Notes under the pieces: model-generated | What the model was told of the DNA's origin: nothing | Databases searched by the model: none | What the model saw: the letters and a program-made list of their open reading frames with translations, nothing else | In this document: positions 1 through 10,095 of the stretch, piece after piece | Position numbering within the stretch: position 1 is the stretch's first letter | Layout of the letters: each line of letters starts with the position of its first letter | NCBI GenBank assembly: GCA_039808125.1 | Contig: JBDHSO010000003.1 | Location: 4,860-68,859 of the forward strand | DNA length: 64,000 bases | Direction: 5' to 3' | From: Rhodobacter sp. | GTDB lineage: Bacteria; Pseudomonadota; Alphaproteobacteria; Rhodobacterales; Rhodobacteraceae | Position numbers and translations under genes: made by a program

Positions 1-1806
1 AAGTCGGACAGTGGCGAAGGCGGCGAGGATCCGGCGCATTTCGTCCCCGAACCGAACGGCGACAACCCCAGCGCCAAGATCAAGCAGGTCGCCTCTGGCC
101 GCTTCGGCGTGACGGCGGAATATCTGAACGCCTGCGAGGAGTTGGAAATCAAGGTGGCCCAGGGCGCCAAGCCCGGCGAGGGCGGGCAGTTGCCCGGCAT
201 GAAGGTCACGGCGCTGATCGCACGGCTGCGCCATTCGACGCCCGGCGTGACGCTAATCTCGCCGCCGCCGCACCATGACATCTATTCCATCGAGGATCTG
301 GCGCAGCTTATCTATGACCTGAAACAGATCAACCCGCGCGCCAAGGTCACGGTCAAGCTGGTGTCCTCGTCCGGCGTCGGGACCATCGCGGCCGGCGTGG
401 CCAAGGCCAAGGCGGATGTGATCCTGATCTCGGGCCACAACGGCGGTACGGGGGCCAGCCCGGCGACCAGCATCAAATATGCCGGCCTGCCCTGGGAAAT
501 GGGCCTGACCGAGGCGCATCAGGTCCTGGCGATGAACAACCTGCGCGAACGGGTGACATTGCGCACCGATGGGGGCCTGCGCACGGGGCGCGACATCGTG
601 ATGGCGGCGATGATGGGGGCCGAGGAATACGGCATCGGCACCGCCGCGCTGATCGCAATGGGCTGCATCATGGTGCGGCAGTGCCAGTCGAACACCTGCC
701 CGGTGGGCGTCTGCACCCAGGACCCGAAGCTGCGCGAAAAGTTCACCGGCAGCGCCGACAAGGTGGTGAACCTGATCACCTTCTATGCGCAGGAGGTGCG
801 CGAGATTCTGGCCAGCATCGGCGCGCGGTCCATGGACGAAATCATCGGCAGGGCCGATCTTCTGACCCAGGTCAGCCGCGGCCATGCCGATCTGGACGAT
901 CTGGACCTGAACCCGCTGCTGATCACCGTGGATGGCGCCAACCGCATCACCTACGACCGGTCCAAGCCGCGCAACGCCGTGCCGGACACGCTCGACGCCG
1001 AGATCATCAAGGACGGCCATCGCTTCTTTGAAGACGGCGAGAAGATGCAGCTGTCCTATGCGGTGCGGAACACGCTTCGCACCATCGGCACGCGCGCGTC
1101 GAGCCATATCGTCAAGAAGTTCGGGATGCGCAACGGCCTGCAACCCGACCATCTGACGGTGAAGCTGGCCGGCAGTTGCGGGCAGTCGCTGGGCGCCTTT
1201 GCCGTGAATGGGCTGAAGATCGAGGTGCAGGGCGATGCCAACGACTATGTCGGCAAGGGCCTGTCGGGCGGCACCATCACGGTGCGGCCGCAGATGGAAA
1301 GCCCGCTGACGGCCGAGGCCAACACGATCATCGGCAATACCGTGCTTTACGGTGCGACCGATGGCTTCCTGTTTGCCGCCGGCCGGGCCGGCGAACGCTT
1401 CGCCGTCCGCAACTCGGGTGCGAAGGTGGTGGTCGAGGGCTGCGGCTCCAACGGCTGCGAATACATGACCGGCGGCGTGGCCGTGATCCTTGGACGGATC
1501 GGCGCCAATTTCGGTGCCGGCATGACCGGGGGCATGGCCTATATCTACGACCCCGAGGGTGTGGCCGAGGATTTCATGAACCTCGAGACGATCCTGACCT
1601 GCGGCCTTGGACACCCGCATTGGGAGGCGCAGGCGAGGGGTCTGGTCGAGCGGCATCTGGCCGAAACCGGATCGCGGCTTGCGGCGCGGATCCTGGCCGA
1701 TTGGGCGGATGAAAAGCGGAACTTCCTGCAGATCTGCCCCAAGGAAATGGTGGCGCATCTGGCGCATCCCCTGTCGGATGAGCCGGCGAAAGTTCCCGCG
1801 GAATGA
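1..1806 (+). CDS. gltB: Glutamate synthase large subunit, 5'-truncated by the window edge
   Basis: Frame is open from base 1 (KSDSGEGGED). Carries EIKVAQGAKPGEGGQLPG, the 3Fe-4S cysteines CIMVRQCQSNTC and the C-terminal GXGXG domain. Confidence 0.97.
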   Translation, partial: KSDSGEGGEDPAHFVPEPNGDNPSAKIKQVASGRFGVTAEYLNACEELEIKVAQGAKPGEGGQLPGMKVTALIARLRHSTPGVTLISPPPHHDIYSIEDLAQLIYDLKQINPRAKVTVKLVSSSGVGTIAAGVAKAKADVILISGHNGGTGASPATSIKYAGLPWEMGLTEAHQVLAMNNLRERVTLRTDGGLRTGRDIVMAAMMGAEEYGIGTAALIAMGCIMVRQCQSNTCPVGVCTQDPKLREKFTGSADKVVNLITFYAQEVREILASIGARSMDEIIGRADLLTQVSRGHADLDDLDLNPLLITVDGANRITYDRSKPRNAVPDTLDAEIIKDGHRFFEDGEKMQLSYAVRNTLRTIGTRASSHIVKKFGMRNGLQPDHLTVKLAGSCGQSLGAFAVNGLKIEVQGDANDYVGKGLSGGTITVRPQMESPLTAEANTIIGNTVLYGATDGFLFAAGRAGERFAVRNSGAKVVVEGCGSNGCEYMTGGVAVILGRIGANFGAGMTGGMAYIYDPEGVAEDFMNLETILTCGLGHPHWEAQARGLVERHLAETGSRLAARILADWADEKRNFLQICPKEMVAHLAHPLSDEPAKVPAE

Positions 1807-1808
1807 GG

Positions 1809-1836
1809 GAAGGCCCCCGGCAAAGGGGGCCTTTTC
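1809..1836 (+). terminator. Intrinsic terminator after gltB
   Basis: AAGGCCCCC...GGGGGCCTT stem followed by TTTC, 3 nt after the stop. Confidence 0.7.
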
Positions 1837-1948
1837 GTCACGGCATAGCCGATCCGGTCGGACACAGGTGCAAAAGGCGTGACGCCTTCGGGCGCGGCCG
1901 GGCGTTGCAGCCTTGACCGGATGGCGGGGATCGGGCCTAAGTCGCGCC

Positions 1949-2734
1949 ATGGCCGAAGAGACCGATCTGACCGAGGAGCCGAAACCCGCCCGGCGTGCGG
2001 CGCGCAAGTCGCGTGCGAAACCCGCACGCGGCAAGGCGCCGGCGCGGCCCGGGCTTTTCCTGCGCCTGCGCCGCTGGATCCTGCGCGCGGTGGCGGTGGT
2101 GGTCGCGGTCTTCCTGTTGCTGATCGCGCTGTTCAGCTTCGTGCCGCCGCCGATCAACTATTACCAGTTGAGCGAAAGCCTGCGCCTCGGCGGGATCGAG
2201 AAGGATTGGGTCGGCTGGGATGAGATCGCCCCTGTCATGGGCCGCGCCGCGGTCGCGGCGGAGGATGCGAATTTCTGCAACCACTGGGGCTTTGACATGG
2301 GCGCGATCCGCCAGGCGATCGCCCAGGGCGGCAATCGCGGCGCCTCGACCATCAGCCAGCAGGTGACGAAGAACGTCTTTCTCTGGCAAGGCCGCAGCTG
2401 GGTGCGCAAGGCGATGGAGGCGGCGCTGACCCCGGCGGTGGAACTGCTGTGGTCCAAGCAGCGTATCCTGGAGGTCTATCTGAATGTGGCCGAATTCGGC
2501 GAGGGCATCTTTGGCGTGCAGGCCGCGGCGCGCCATTACTTCGGCGTCGATGCGCGCGACCTGACGGCGGTCCAGGCGGCGCGGCTGGCGGCCGTCCTGC
2601 CCGATCCGAAGGGCCGCAATCCTGCGAAACCGTCCGACTTCGTGAAGAAGCGGGCACGGCAGATCGCCGGTGGCGCCGAGACAATTGCCGCCGATGGCCG
2701 CGCCGCCTGCTTCGAGGAGGGCCGGGCGGGTTGA
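1949..2734 (+). CDS. mtgA: Monofunctional peptidoglycan transglycosylase
   Basis: N-terminal TM segment plus GT51 motifs AAEDANF, RGASTISQQVTKN and LEVYLNVAEFG. Confidence 0.93.
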   Translation: MAEETDLTEEPKPARRAARKSRAKPARGKAPARPGLFLRLRRWILRAVAVVVAVFLLLIALFSFVPPPINYYQLSESLRLGGIEKDWVGWDEIAPVMGRAAVAAEDANFCNHWGFDMGAIRQAIAQGGNRGASTISQQVTKNVFLWQGRSWVRKAMEAALTPAVELLWSKQRILEVYLNVAEFGEGIFGVQAAARHYFGVDARDLTAVQAARLAAVLPDPKGRNPAKPSDFVKKRARQIAGGAETIAADGRAACFEEGRAG

Positions 2735-2786
2735 TCGGGCGGAATCGCGGCGCTATCACGGAGGAAACCTTGACCGAGCCCCGCCG

Positions 2787-3452
2787 ATGAACCGCCTGTA
2801 TCACGTTCCCCTTTCGCCGTTCTGCCGCAAGGTGCGTCTGACGCTCGCGGAGAAACGCATCGAGGTGGAACTGGTCGAAGAACGATACTGGGATCCGTCG
2901 CCCGACTTTCTGCGCCGCAACCCGGCGGGGAAGGTGCCGGTCCTGCGGCTGGAAAACCGGGTGCTGAGCGAAAGCCAAGCGATCTGCGAATTCATCGAGG
3001 AAACCGTGCCCACCCCGGCGCTGATGCCGCGCGACCCCGAAGCGCGCTATGAGGTGCGCCGGCTGTGCGCCTGGTTCGACGACAAGTTTCACAACGAGGT
3101 GACGTCGAAACTGCTGTACGAGCGGGTGAACAAGAAGGTCACGAAGGAAGGCTATCCGGATTCGAGAAACGTCAAGTCCGGCGCGCAGAAGATCAAGTAC
3201 CACCTCGATTACATGGCCTGGCTGCTGGACCAGCGGCGCTGGCTGGCCGGAAACGAGATGACGCTGGCGGATTTCACCGCCGCCGCGCATCTGTCCAGCC
3301 TGGATTATATCTCGGATGTGGACTGGAACCGGCATGCGGTGATCAAGGACTGGTATGCCAAGATCAAGTCGCGCCCGTCGTTCCGGACGCTTCTCGCCGA
3401 TCAGGTCCCCGGATTTCTGCCGCCGGCGCATTATGCCGATCTGGATTTCTGA
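2787..3452 (+). CDS. fzlA: Glutathione S-transferase-fold protein, FtsZ-binding FzlA type
   Basis: SPFCRKVR...NPAGKVPVL GST N-domain and C-terminal YADLDF, in the mtgA/queG neighbourhood typical of fzlA. Confidence 0.75.
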   Translation: MNRLYHVPLSPFCRKVRLTLAEKRIEVELVEERYWDPSPDFLRRNPAGKVPVLRLENRVLSESQAICEFIEETVPTPALMPRDPEARYEVRRLCAWFDDKFHNEVTSKLLYERVNKKVTKEGYPDSRNVKSGAQKIKYHLDYMAWLLDQRRWLAGNEMTLADFTAAAHLSSLDYISDVDWNRHAVIKDWYAKIKSRPSFRTLLADQVPGFLPPAHYADLDF

Positions 3453-3460
3453 GCGCGGCC

Positions 3461-3510
3461 GGCGGGGGCGCCCCTGCCGCGCCCTTGTGGATATTTGTGC
3501 AGAGAAGAAG
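3461..3510 (+). repeat. REP-like intergenic repeat, copy A
   Basis: GC hairpin followed by GGATATTTGTGCAGAGAAGAAG, 20/22 identical to 20550-20571. Confidence 0.55.
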
Positions 3511-3512
3511 GC

Positions 3513-4544
3513 ATGAGCGTTGCGCTCAAAGACCGCCTTGTGGCGCGGGCCATGGAGGAGGGGTTCGCCCGGGCCGGCATCTGCGCCCCCGACGCCGTGC
3601 CCGAGACGGCAGGGCGGCTGCGGGCCTTTCTGGCGGCGGCGCGGCATGGCCAGATGGGCTGGATGGCCGAGCGCGAGGCATGGCGGGGCAGCGCCGCGGC
3701 GCTGTGGCCGCAGGCGCGGTCGGTGATCATGCTGGCCGAGGTCTATACGCCCGACCTCGACCCCCTGTCGGGACTGGCGCAGCGCGACCGGGGCGTGATC
3801 TCGGTCTACGCCCAGGGAAAGGACTATCACGATCTGGTGAAGCGGCGGCTGAAGCGGCTGGGGCGCTGGCTCATCGACCAGGCGGGCGGCGAGATCAAGG
3901 TTTTCGTCGATACGGCGCCGGTGATGGAAAAGCCGCTGGCGCAGGCGGCGGGTCTGGGCTGGCAGGGCAAGCACACCAATCTGGTGGGGCGGGATCTTGG
4001 GTCGTGGTTCTTCCTTGGCGCCATCTTCACCACGCTCGATCTGCCGAAGGATGCGGCAGAGGTCGACCGTTGCGGCAGTTGCCGGGCCTGTCTGGACATC
4101 TGCCCGACGGGGGCTTTCCCGGCGCCCTACCAGCTGGATGCGCGGCGCTGCATTTCCTATCTGACGATTGAACATCGCGGCCCGGTCGATGCCGAACTGC
4201 GTCCGCGGATGGGAAACCGGATCTATGGCTGCGACGATTGTCTGGCGGTCTGTCCGTGGAACAAGTTTGCGCTGGCCGCGACGGAGATCGGTTATGCCGC
4301 AAGGGTGGGATTGCCGGAACTGGCCGATCTGGCCGGGCTGGACGATGCGGCCTTTCGCCTGCGCTTTGCCGGCAGCCCGATCAAGCGGATCGGGCGGGAC
4401 CGGATGGTGCGCAATGTGCTTTATGCCATCGGGAATTCGGCCTGTCCGGCCCTGATCCCGGTGGCGGAGGGTTTGCGCAGCGATCCCGATCCGGCGGTGG
4501 CCGATGCGGCCGCCTGGGCGGTGGACCGCCTGTCACAACCTTGA
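3513..4544 (+). CDS. queG: tRNA epoxyqueuosine(34) reductase
   Basis: [39 protein letters not shown] and [12 protein letters not shown] Fe-S motifs. Confidence 0.95.
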   Translation: MSVALKDRLVARAMEEGFARAGICAPDAVPETAGRLRAFLAAARHGQMGWMAEREAWRGSAAALWPQARSVIMLAEVYTPDLDPLSGLAQRDRGVISVYAQGKDYHDLVKRRLKRLGRWLIDQAGGEIKVFVDTAPVMEKPLAQAAGLGWQGKHTNLVGRDLGSWFFLGAIFTTLDLPKDAAEVDRCGSCRACLDICPTGAFPAPYQLDARRCISYLTIEHRGPVDAELRPRMGNRIYGCDDCLAVCPWNKFALAATEIGYAARVGLPELADLAGLDDAAFRLRFAGSPIKRIGRDRMVRNVLYAIGNSACPALIPVAEGLRSDPDPAVADAAAWAVDRLSQP

Positions 4545-4559
4545 GGCGCAAGGGGCTAG

Positions 4560-4585
4560 GGAACCGCGGCAGATCGTGATACGTT
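4560..4585 (+). promoter_or_regulatory. Putative EcfG (general stress sigma) promoter
   Basis: GGAAC (4560-4564)-N17-CGTT (4582-4585), matching the alphaproteobacterial EcfG consensus. Confidence 0.6.
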
Positions 4586-4606
4586 GTCCTTCCCCAAGAG
4601 GAGGAG

Positions 4607-4780
4607 ATGACCATGACGAGGCATCTGGCGGACAACCGCAAACCATCGACCGGCGGGCGCATGCGGGCCTTCCTGCGGATCGAGCGCGAGGGGCGTGCAA
4701 CCTGGCACCGTCCGCATACGCCGAGCGGAGCGAACCGGCTGATACATTATTTGCGCATCGCGCGCGGCCGGACGGTCTGA
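4607..4780 (+). CDS. Small basic hypothetical protein, 57 aa (not in the ORF track)
   Basis: Strong SD AGAGGAGGAG directly upstream. Reads MTMTRHLADNRKPSTGGRMRAFLRIEREGRATWHRPHTPSGANRLIHYLRIARGRTV and fills the queG-ohrR gap. Confidence 0.65.
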   Translation: MTMTRHLADNRKPSTGGRMRAFLRIEREGRATWHRPHTPSGANRLIHYLRIARGRTV

Positions 4781-4804
4781 ACCTGAGGTTCCGGCCGGCT
4801 GCGG

Positions 4805-5239
4805 TCAGTCGCCGACCGGGGGTTTCAGGCGGCTGCGCAGGTCGATCAGGATGTCACGCAGATCGTGGATGTCGGAAAGCGACAGGCCGGTCTTTGCCGC
4901 GAAGGCGGCGGGAATGCCGGCGGCTTGGTCGGCAAGGCGGTGGCCCTGAGGCGTCAGCGTCAGGCGGACCTGGCGTTCATCGGCCGCATCGCGCCGGCGC
5001 GAGAGCCAGCCCGCTGCTTCCATCCGCTTCAGAAGCGGGGTGAGGGTGTTCGATTCAAGCCGCAAGGCCGTGGCGATCCGGCCCACGGTCTGACCATCTT
5101 CGCCGGCGAGGGCCGAAAGGACGAGGTATTGCGGATAGGTCAGTCCCAGCGGCTCCAGCAGCGGCACATAGGCCGATTGCATGGCATGCGCCGTGGAATA
5201 AAGCGCGAAACACAGCATGTCGGCCGGGGCGAGGGTCAT
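4805..5239 (-). CDS. ohrR: MarR-family organic hydroperoxide sensor
   Basis: LCFALYS motif with the sensing Cys, LGLTYPQYLVL, wHTH, divergent from ohr. Confidence 0.9.
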   Translation of the reverse strand: MTLAPADMLCFALYSTAHAMQSAYVPLLEPLGLTYPQYLVLSALAGEDGQTVGRIATALRLESNTLTPLLKRMEAAGWLSRRRDAADERQVRLTLTPQGHRLADQAAGIPAAFAAKTGLSLSDIHDLRDILIDLRSRLKPPVGD

Positions 5240-5250
5240 GGCTCTTGATA

Positions 5251-5319
5251 TATCGCGCGCGATAGAAGCGCAAGCGATTGACTGGTACGCTGAATGTCGA
5301 TAGAAAAATCGTGTACGAT
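5251..5319. promoter_or_regulatory. Putative OhrR operators and ohr promoter
   Basis: TATCGCGCGCGATA (5251-5264) and ATCGTGTACGAT (5308-5319) share ATCG-N4-CGAT. TTGACT-N17-TAGAAA lies at 5278-5306. Confidence 0.55.
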
Positions 5320-5345
5320 CTAATCGTCAGCGACAGGAGAAACAG

Positions 5346-5774
5346 ATGTCGGTCGATGTAAAATACTGGACGGAATCCCATGCCACCGGCGGCGGCCGCA
5401 ACGGGCTGTCGAAACTGGTCGACGGCAAGCTGACGATCACCATGACCAGCCCGAAAGAGCTGGGTGGGTCGGGCGCAGGGCATAATCCGGAGGAGTTGTT
5501 CGCCGTGGGCTATGCCGCCTGCTATCTTGGCGCCATGCGTTTCGCGGCGCAGAGCGAAAAGCTTGGGACCGTGCCGGACGACGCCTCTGTCAACGCCCAT
5601 GTCGGGATCGGGCCGCGGTCGGATGGCGGCTTCGGGCTGGCGGTGCGGCTGGTGGTGAAGATGCCGGGTGTGGACCGCGCCGTGGCCGAGAAGATCGCCG
5701 AGCGCGGCCATTTCATCTGCCCCTATTCCAATGCGACGAAGGGCAATATCTCGGTCGTGACCGAGATCGTCTGA
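5346..5774 (+). CDS. ohr: Organic hydroperoxide resistance protein
   Basis: ATGGGRNG, NPEELFAVGYAACY and second Cys in ICPYSNAT. Confidence 0.95.
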   Translation: MSVDVKYWTESHATGGGRNGLSKLVDGKLTITMTSPKELGGSGAGHNPEELFAVGYAACYLGAMRFAAQSEKLGTVPDDASVNAHVGIGPRSDGGFGLAVRLVVKMPGVDRAVAEKIAERGHFICPYSNATKGNISVVTEIV

Positions 5775-5833
5775 CCCCGGGAACGACCGGCCCCCGGCGC
5801 GGGATGGGCCCGGGAGCCATCGCAGGTTCCGGG

Positions 5834-5866
5834 AAACCGGCCCCGGAAACGCCCCGGGGCCGGTTT
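5834..5866. terminator. Probable bidirectional terminator between convergent ohr and ilvE
   Basis: Perfect 13-bp stem AAACCGGCCCCGG/CCGGGGCCGGTTT. Confidence 0.7.
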
Positions 5867-5879
5867 GTCGTATCAGCGA

Positions 5880-6746
5880 TCAGGCGCGGACCAGTTTTTC
5901 GTAGGTTTCCGCGATGTCGCGGGCCATGGCGCCCACTTCGAAGTTGAAGCCGCCGATCTGGCCCACGGGCGTGACCTCGGCCGCGGTTCCCGTCAGCCAA
6001 CATTGTTCGAACTCGGCCAGTTCGGTCGGGTCGATATGGCGTTCGTGGACCTTGACGCCCTTCTTCTGCAGCAGTTCGATCACGGTCTGCCGGGTGATAC
6101 CATTCAGGAAGCAGTCCGGCAGCGGGGTATGCACCTCTCCATTCTTGGTGAAGAAGATGTTGGCGCCGGTCGCCTCGGCCACATAGCCGCGATAATCCAT
6201 CATCAGCGCGTCCGAGCAGCCCTTGGCCTGCGCCGCGTGCTTGGACATGGTGCAGATCATGTAAAGCCCCGCCGCCTTGGCCGCCGAGGGGATGGTTGCC
6301 GGATCCGGGCGGCGCCATTTCGAGATGTCGAGCTTGGCGCCCTTCATCTTGGCATCGCCGTAATAGGCGCCCCATTCCCAGCCGGCGATCGCCAGACGCA
6401 CCGGGTTGCCCACGGCCGAGACGCCCATCTCATCCCCCGCGCCGCGGAAGGCGATGGCGCGGACATAGGCGTCGGTCCAGTTGTTCGCCTTGAGCATGTC
6501 GTATTTGGCGGCTTCGATCTCCTGCACGGACCAGGGGACTTCCATGTCGATCAGTTCGGCCGATCTGCGCAGGCGCATGGAATGCTCGACGCCCTTGAAG
6601 ATCTTGCCGTTGTAGCAGCGTTCGCCCTCGAAGACGGCAGAGGCATAATGCAGCGCATGGGTAAGGATGTGAACATTGGCGTCCCGCCAGGGGACCAGCT
6701 TGCCGTCCATCCAGATGAATCCGTCGCGATCGTCATATGCCGCCAT
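5880..6746 (-). CDS. ilvE: Branched-chain amino acid aminotransferase
   Basis: HALHYASAVFEG, AKAAGLY, EATGANIF, LNGITRQ and GTAAE (PLP fold IV). Confidence 0.93.
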   Translation of the reverse strand: MAAYDDRDGFIWMDGKLVPWRDANVHILTHALHYASAVFEGERCYNGKIFKGVEHSMRLRRSAELIDMEVPWSVQEIEAAKYDMLKANNWTDAYVRAIAFRGAGDEMGVSAVGNPVRLAIAGWEWGAYYGDAKMKGAKLDISKWRRPDPATIPSAAKAAGLYMICTMSKHAAQAKGCSDALMMDYRGYVAEATGANIFFTKNGEVHTPLPDCFLNGITRQTVIELLQKKGVKVHERHIDPTELAEFEQCWLTGTAAEVTPVGQIGGFNFEVGAMARDIAETYEKLVRA

Positions 6747-6885
6747 ATCCCGGCCCTCCGTTTTGTGAATGTTGCGCCGGATATGTCCGCTGCGGACACG
6801 ATCTTGCGCGAAAGCGCAGTACGGCTACGCTTTATGACTTGGAAAGTCAACAAGGCTGACGTAAATCTGCCCCAAAGGGAGGCGG

Positions 6886-7386
6886 ATGATGGCCGAGACT
6901 TCGGGCGGGGAGGGTCTGCTCTACCTGACGGATGAGCAGCTGCGAAAGGGCATCGAGGCAATGTTCTTTGCCTACCGGGGGTTTACTGCCGATCCCGACC
7001 GCATTCTCGAAACCATGGAATACGGCCGCGCCCATCACCGGGCGCTGCATTTCATTCATCGCGCGCCGGGCACGACGGTCTCGAATCTGCTGGCGATCCT
7101 GGGGGTGACGAAGCAGTCGCTCAACCGGGTGCTGCGCACGCTGATCGACGACGGGCATGTCCGCAGCGAAAAGGGGCGGAAGGATGCCCGCGAACGCCAC
7201 CTGTTCCTGACCGAGAAGGGCGATGCGCTGGAACGCCAGCTTTCCGATGCGCAGCGGGCGCGGATGCGGGCCGCCTACCGCGCAGTCGGGCCGGCGGCGG
7301 TGCAGGGGTTCCGCCAGGTTCTGGAGGCGATGATGGACCCCGATATGCGCCATGCCTACAATCGCCTGAAGGAGGGCGGGGCATGA
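6886..7386 (+). CDS. petP: MarR-family regulator, PetP-like
   Basis: wHTH with GRAHHRALHF and VTKQSLNRVL, coupled by an ATGA overlap to an OmpR-type regulator as in Rhodobacter petPR. Confidence 0.7.
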   Translation: MMAETSGGEGLLYLTDEQLRKGIEAMFFAYRGFTADPDRILETMEYGRAHHRALHFIHRAPGTTVSNLLAILGVTKQSLNRVLRTLIDDGHVRSEKGRKDARERHLFLTEKGDALERQLSDAQRARMRAAYRAVGPAAVQGFRQVLEAMMDPDMRHAYNRLKEGGA

Positions 7387-8090
7387 CCGAAGCCAGGACA
7401 GCCGAGGCGCATCTTCTGGTGGTCGATGACGACGAGCGGATCCGGGGTCTGTTGCAGAAGTTTCTGATCCGCAGCGGCTATCTTGTCACCGTCGCCCGGG
7501 ATGCGGCGCAGGCGCGCAAGCTGCTGTCGGGGCTGGATTTCGACCTGATCGTCCTCGATGTGATGATGCCGGGCGAAGATGGGATCAGCCTGACGCGCGC
7601 CTTGCGGCAGCGGATGCAGACGCCGATCCTGCTGCTGACGGCAAAGGGGGAGACGGTGAACCGCATCGAAGGGTTCGAGGCCGGGGCCGACGACTATCTG
7701 GTCAAACCTTTCGAGCCGAAGGAGCTTCTCCTGCGGATCAATGCCATCCTGCGGCGGGTGCCGCAGGTCTCCACGGCCGATCCGGTGCCGAAGGTGCTGC
7801 ATCTGGGCGCCGTGCGCTATGACATGGAGCGCGGGGAACTGTGGCGCGGCGACCAGCCGGTCCGGCTGACGGCGACCGAGGCGGCGCTGATGCGGTTGTT
7901 CGCCCAAGCGCCGGGTGCCGCGATCAGCCGGGAGAAACTGGTCGGCGACCTCGGGCGCGAGGATGTGGCGCAGGAGCGCGCGGTCGATGTGCAGATCACC
8001 CGGCTGCGGCGGAAGATCGAAGACGACCCAAAGGCGCCGCGCTACCTGCAAACCGTGCGCGGCGAGGGCTATATGCTGCAACCGGACTGA
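7383..8090 (+). CDS. petR: OmpR-family response regulator, PetR-like, with no adjacent kinase
   Basis: VVDDD, LDVMMP, KPF and winged helix ERAVDVQITRLRRKIE. Confidence 0.7.
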   Translation: MTEARTAEAHLLVVDDDERIRGLLQKFLIRSGYLVTVARDAAQARKLLSGLDFDLIVLDVMMPGEDGISLTRALRQRMQTPILLLTAKGETVNRIEGFEAGADDYLVKPFEPKELLLRINAILRRVPQVSTADPVPKVLHLGAVRYDMERGELWRGDQPVRLTATEAALMRLFAQAPGAAISREKLVGDLGREDVAQERAVDVQITRLRRKIEDDPKAPRYLQTVRGEGYMLQPD

Positions 8091-8171
8091 GCGGCAGGGG
8101 CGCATCGGTCGACAGGAGGCCGGGATCTTCGCGCGGCGACTGTGCCTGCCGCCGAAAGAGTTCGGCCGGGG

Positions 8172-8585
8172 CTACAGTGTCATCGCCATGTCGCGATGGG
8201 GAATCCCGGCATCCATGTATTCCGGACCGAAGGCGCGGAAGCCCAGTTTTTCGTAGAAGGCCAGCGCATGGGTCTGGGCGCCGAGCTTGACGCGGGCGAT
8301 CCCGGGGCGCCGGCGGAACTCCTCGACCGCGGCGCGGATCAGGGCGGCGCCAAGCCCGGCGCCCCGTGCCGCGGGCAGGACGCAAACGCGGCCGATCTTG
8401 CCGGTATCGCCCTGTTCCAGCAACCGCGCCGTACCGACCGGGCGGCCATCGACCAGCGCCAGCAGATGGGTGGCAGAGGGGTCCAGCCCGTCGATATCTT
8501 CCTCCGGGCTGACGCCCTGCTCTTCGATGAACACCTGCCGGCGCAGCGCGAGGCAGGTGTCAATATCGCCGGTCACGCGGATCAT
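8172..8585 (-). CDS. GNAT acetyltransferase, ElaA-like
   Basis: [22 protein letters not shown] and FYEKLGF. Start overlaps the dapE stop (ATGA). Confidence 0.85.
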   Translation of the reverse strand: MIRVTGDIDTCLALRRQVFIEEQGVSPEEDIDGLDPSATHLLALVDGRPVGTARLLEQGDTGKIGRVCVLPAARGAGLGAALIRAAVEEFRRRPGIARVKLGAQTHALAFYEKLGFRAFGPEYMDAGIPHRDMAMTL

Positions 8586-9727
8586 GCGAAATAGTCCCGC
8601 AGGATACGGCCATAGATCGCCTTCAGCTTTTCGATCTGGGCAATCTCGACCCGTTCGTCCACCTGATGCATCGTCTTGCCGACCAGGCCGAACTCCACCA
8701 CCGGACAATGCGTCTTGACGAAACGCGCATCCGAGGTGCCGCCCGAGGTGGAGTAGTCCGGGCGGATGCCGGTCTCGGCCTCGACCGCATCGCGCACCAG
8801 GGCCGAGAACTCTCCCGGCGGGGTCACGAAGCTTTCGCCCGAGATCGAGATGGCGCAGCCGATCATCACCCCTGTCTCGTCCTGCACGGCGGCGGCGTGA
8901 TCTTCCAGCCATCGGCTCAGGCTTTCGCCGGAATGAAGGTCGTTGAAGCGGATGTTCACGGTGGCGGTGCCCCGGGCGGGAATGACATTCGTTGCGGGGT
9001 TGCCGCAGTCGATGGTCGTGATGGCCAGCGTCGAGGCATCGAAATGGGCCGTGCCCTCGTCCAGCGGCTTTTCTTCGAGCCGGCCGAGAAGGCGGACCAG
9101 CGCCGACATCGGGTTCCGGGCCCGCTGGGGATAGGCGGAATGGCCCTGCACGCCGGTTGCGGTGAAGCGGCAGGTCAGGCTGCCGCGGCGCCCGATCTTC
9201 ATCATCTCGCCCAGCCTTTCGGGGCAGGTCGGTTCCCCGACCAGGCAATGCGTCATCCGCTCGCCCTCGCGCGCCATCCAGTCCAGAAGGGCGAGGGTGC
9301 CATCCTTCGCCTCATCCTCTTCGTCGCCGGTGACGGTCAGGATCACCGCGCCTTCTGGCGGCGTGTTCCGCACGAAATCCACCGCGGCGGCGGCAAAGGC
9401 CGCAACGCCCGACTTCATGTCGGTCGCGCCGCGGCCATACATCCAGCCCTCGACAACGGCGGCGCCGAAGGGATCCTGCGTCCAGGCCGCGATATCGCCT
9501 GCCGGCACCACATCGGTATGGCCGTTGAAGCCGAAACTGCGATTCGCTCCCTTCTTGCCCCAGCGGGCAAAGAGGTTGGCAATGCCGTTGCGGTCTATCC
9601 TGTGGCATTCGAAGCCGGCATCCTCCAGCACCTCCTGCAACAGGACAAGCGCACCGCCTTCGGCCGGGGTGACGGAGTTGCAGCGGATCAGGCGGGCGGT
9701 AAGGTCGACGGAATCTGTGGCGGTCAT
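8582..9727 (-). CDS. dapE: Succinyl-diaminopimelate desuccinylase
   Basis: [33 protein letters not shown] and MHQVDE (M20 family). Confidence 0.95.
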   Translation of the reverse strand: MTATDSVDLTARLIRCNSVTPAEGGALVLLQEVLEDAGFECHRIDRNGIANLFARWGKKGANRSFGFNGHTDVVPAGDIAAWTQDPFGAAVVEGWMYGRGATDMKSGVAAFAAAAVDFVRNTPPEGAVILTVTGDEEDEAKDGTLALLDWMAREGERMTHCLVGEPTCPERLGEMMKIGRRGSLTCRFTATGVQGHSAYPQRARNPMSALVRLLGRLEEKPLDEGTAHFDASTLAITTIDCGNPATNVIPARGTATVNIRFNDLHSGESLSRWLEDHAAAVQDETGVMIGCAISISGESFVTPPGEFSALVRDAVEAETGIRPDYSTSGGTSDARFVKTHCPVVEFGLVGKTMHQVDERVEIAQIEKLKAIYGRILRDYFA

Positions 9728-9741
9728 GGCAGGGGTCCGGC

Positions 9742-10086
9742 TCAATCGTCAAAAGGTGTCATCTGCGCGACGATGACCGAGTTTTCGGCAAGCGCCCGCG
9801 CCATCAGCGCCTCTTCCGCGGCGTCGATCTCCTCGCCGGCCTTGCGGCGTTCATCGAGCGTCCCCAGCCCCTGCACCTCGAGCGGCGCGAGGTCGGCCTC
9901 CTTCAGGATCGCCACGGTCTCGCGCACGGCCTCGGCCTCGTCGACGCCGCTGGCATAGCACATCAGCGCCGCTCCGGTGGCCTTGTCGGGCAGGCCGTCG
10001 CCAGCCTTTCGCCCGACCTCGACGATCAGCGTATACACCTGCTGCGGGCGCTTTTCCTTCTTCGGGCGGTCTTCGCTATCGGCCAT
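9742..10086 (-). CDS. Conserved hypothetical protein
   Basis: 114-aa ORF with typical codon use, tightly packed between selD and dapE. Confidence 0.7.
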   Translation of the reverse strand: MADSEDRPKKEKRPQQVYTLIVEVGRKAGDGLPDKATGAALMCYASGVDEAEAVRETVAILKEADLAPLEVQGLGTLDERRKAGEEIDAAEEALMARALAENSVIVAQMTPFDD

Positions 10087-10095
10087 GACCCGCCC

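Noticed and set aside
8172-9248. 358-aa ORF suggesting an extended GNAT
   Set aside because: The upstream part is an alternate frame of dapE. The GNAT begins at the ATG overlapping the dapE stop.
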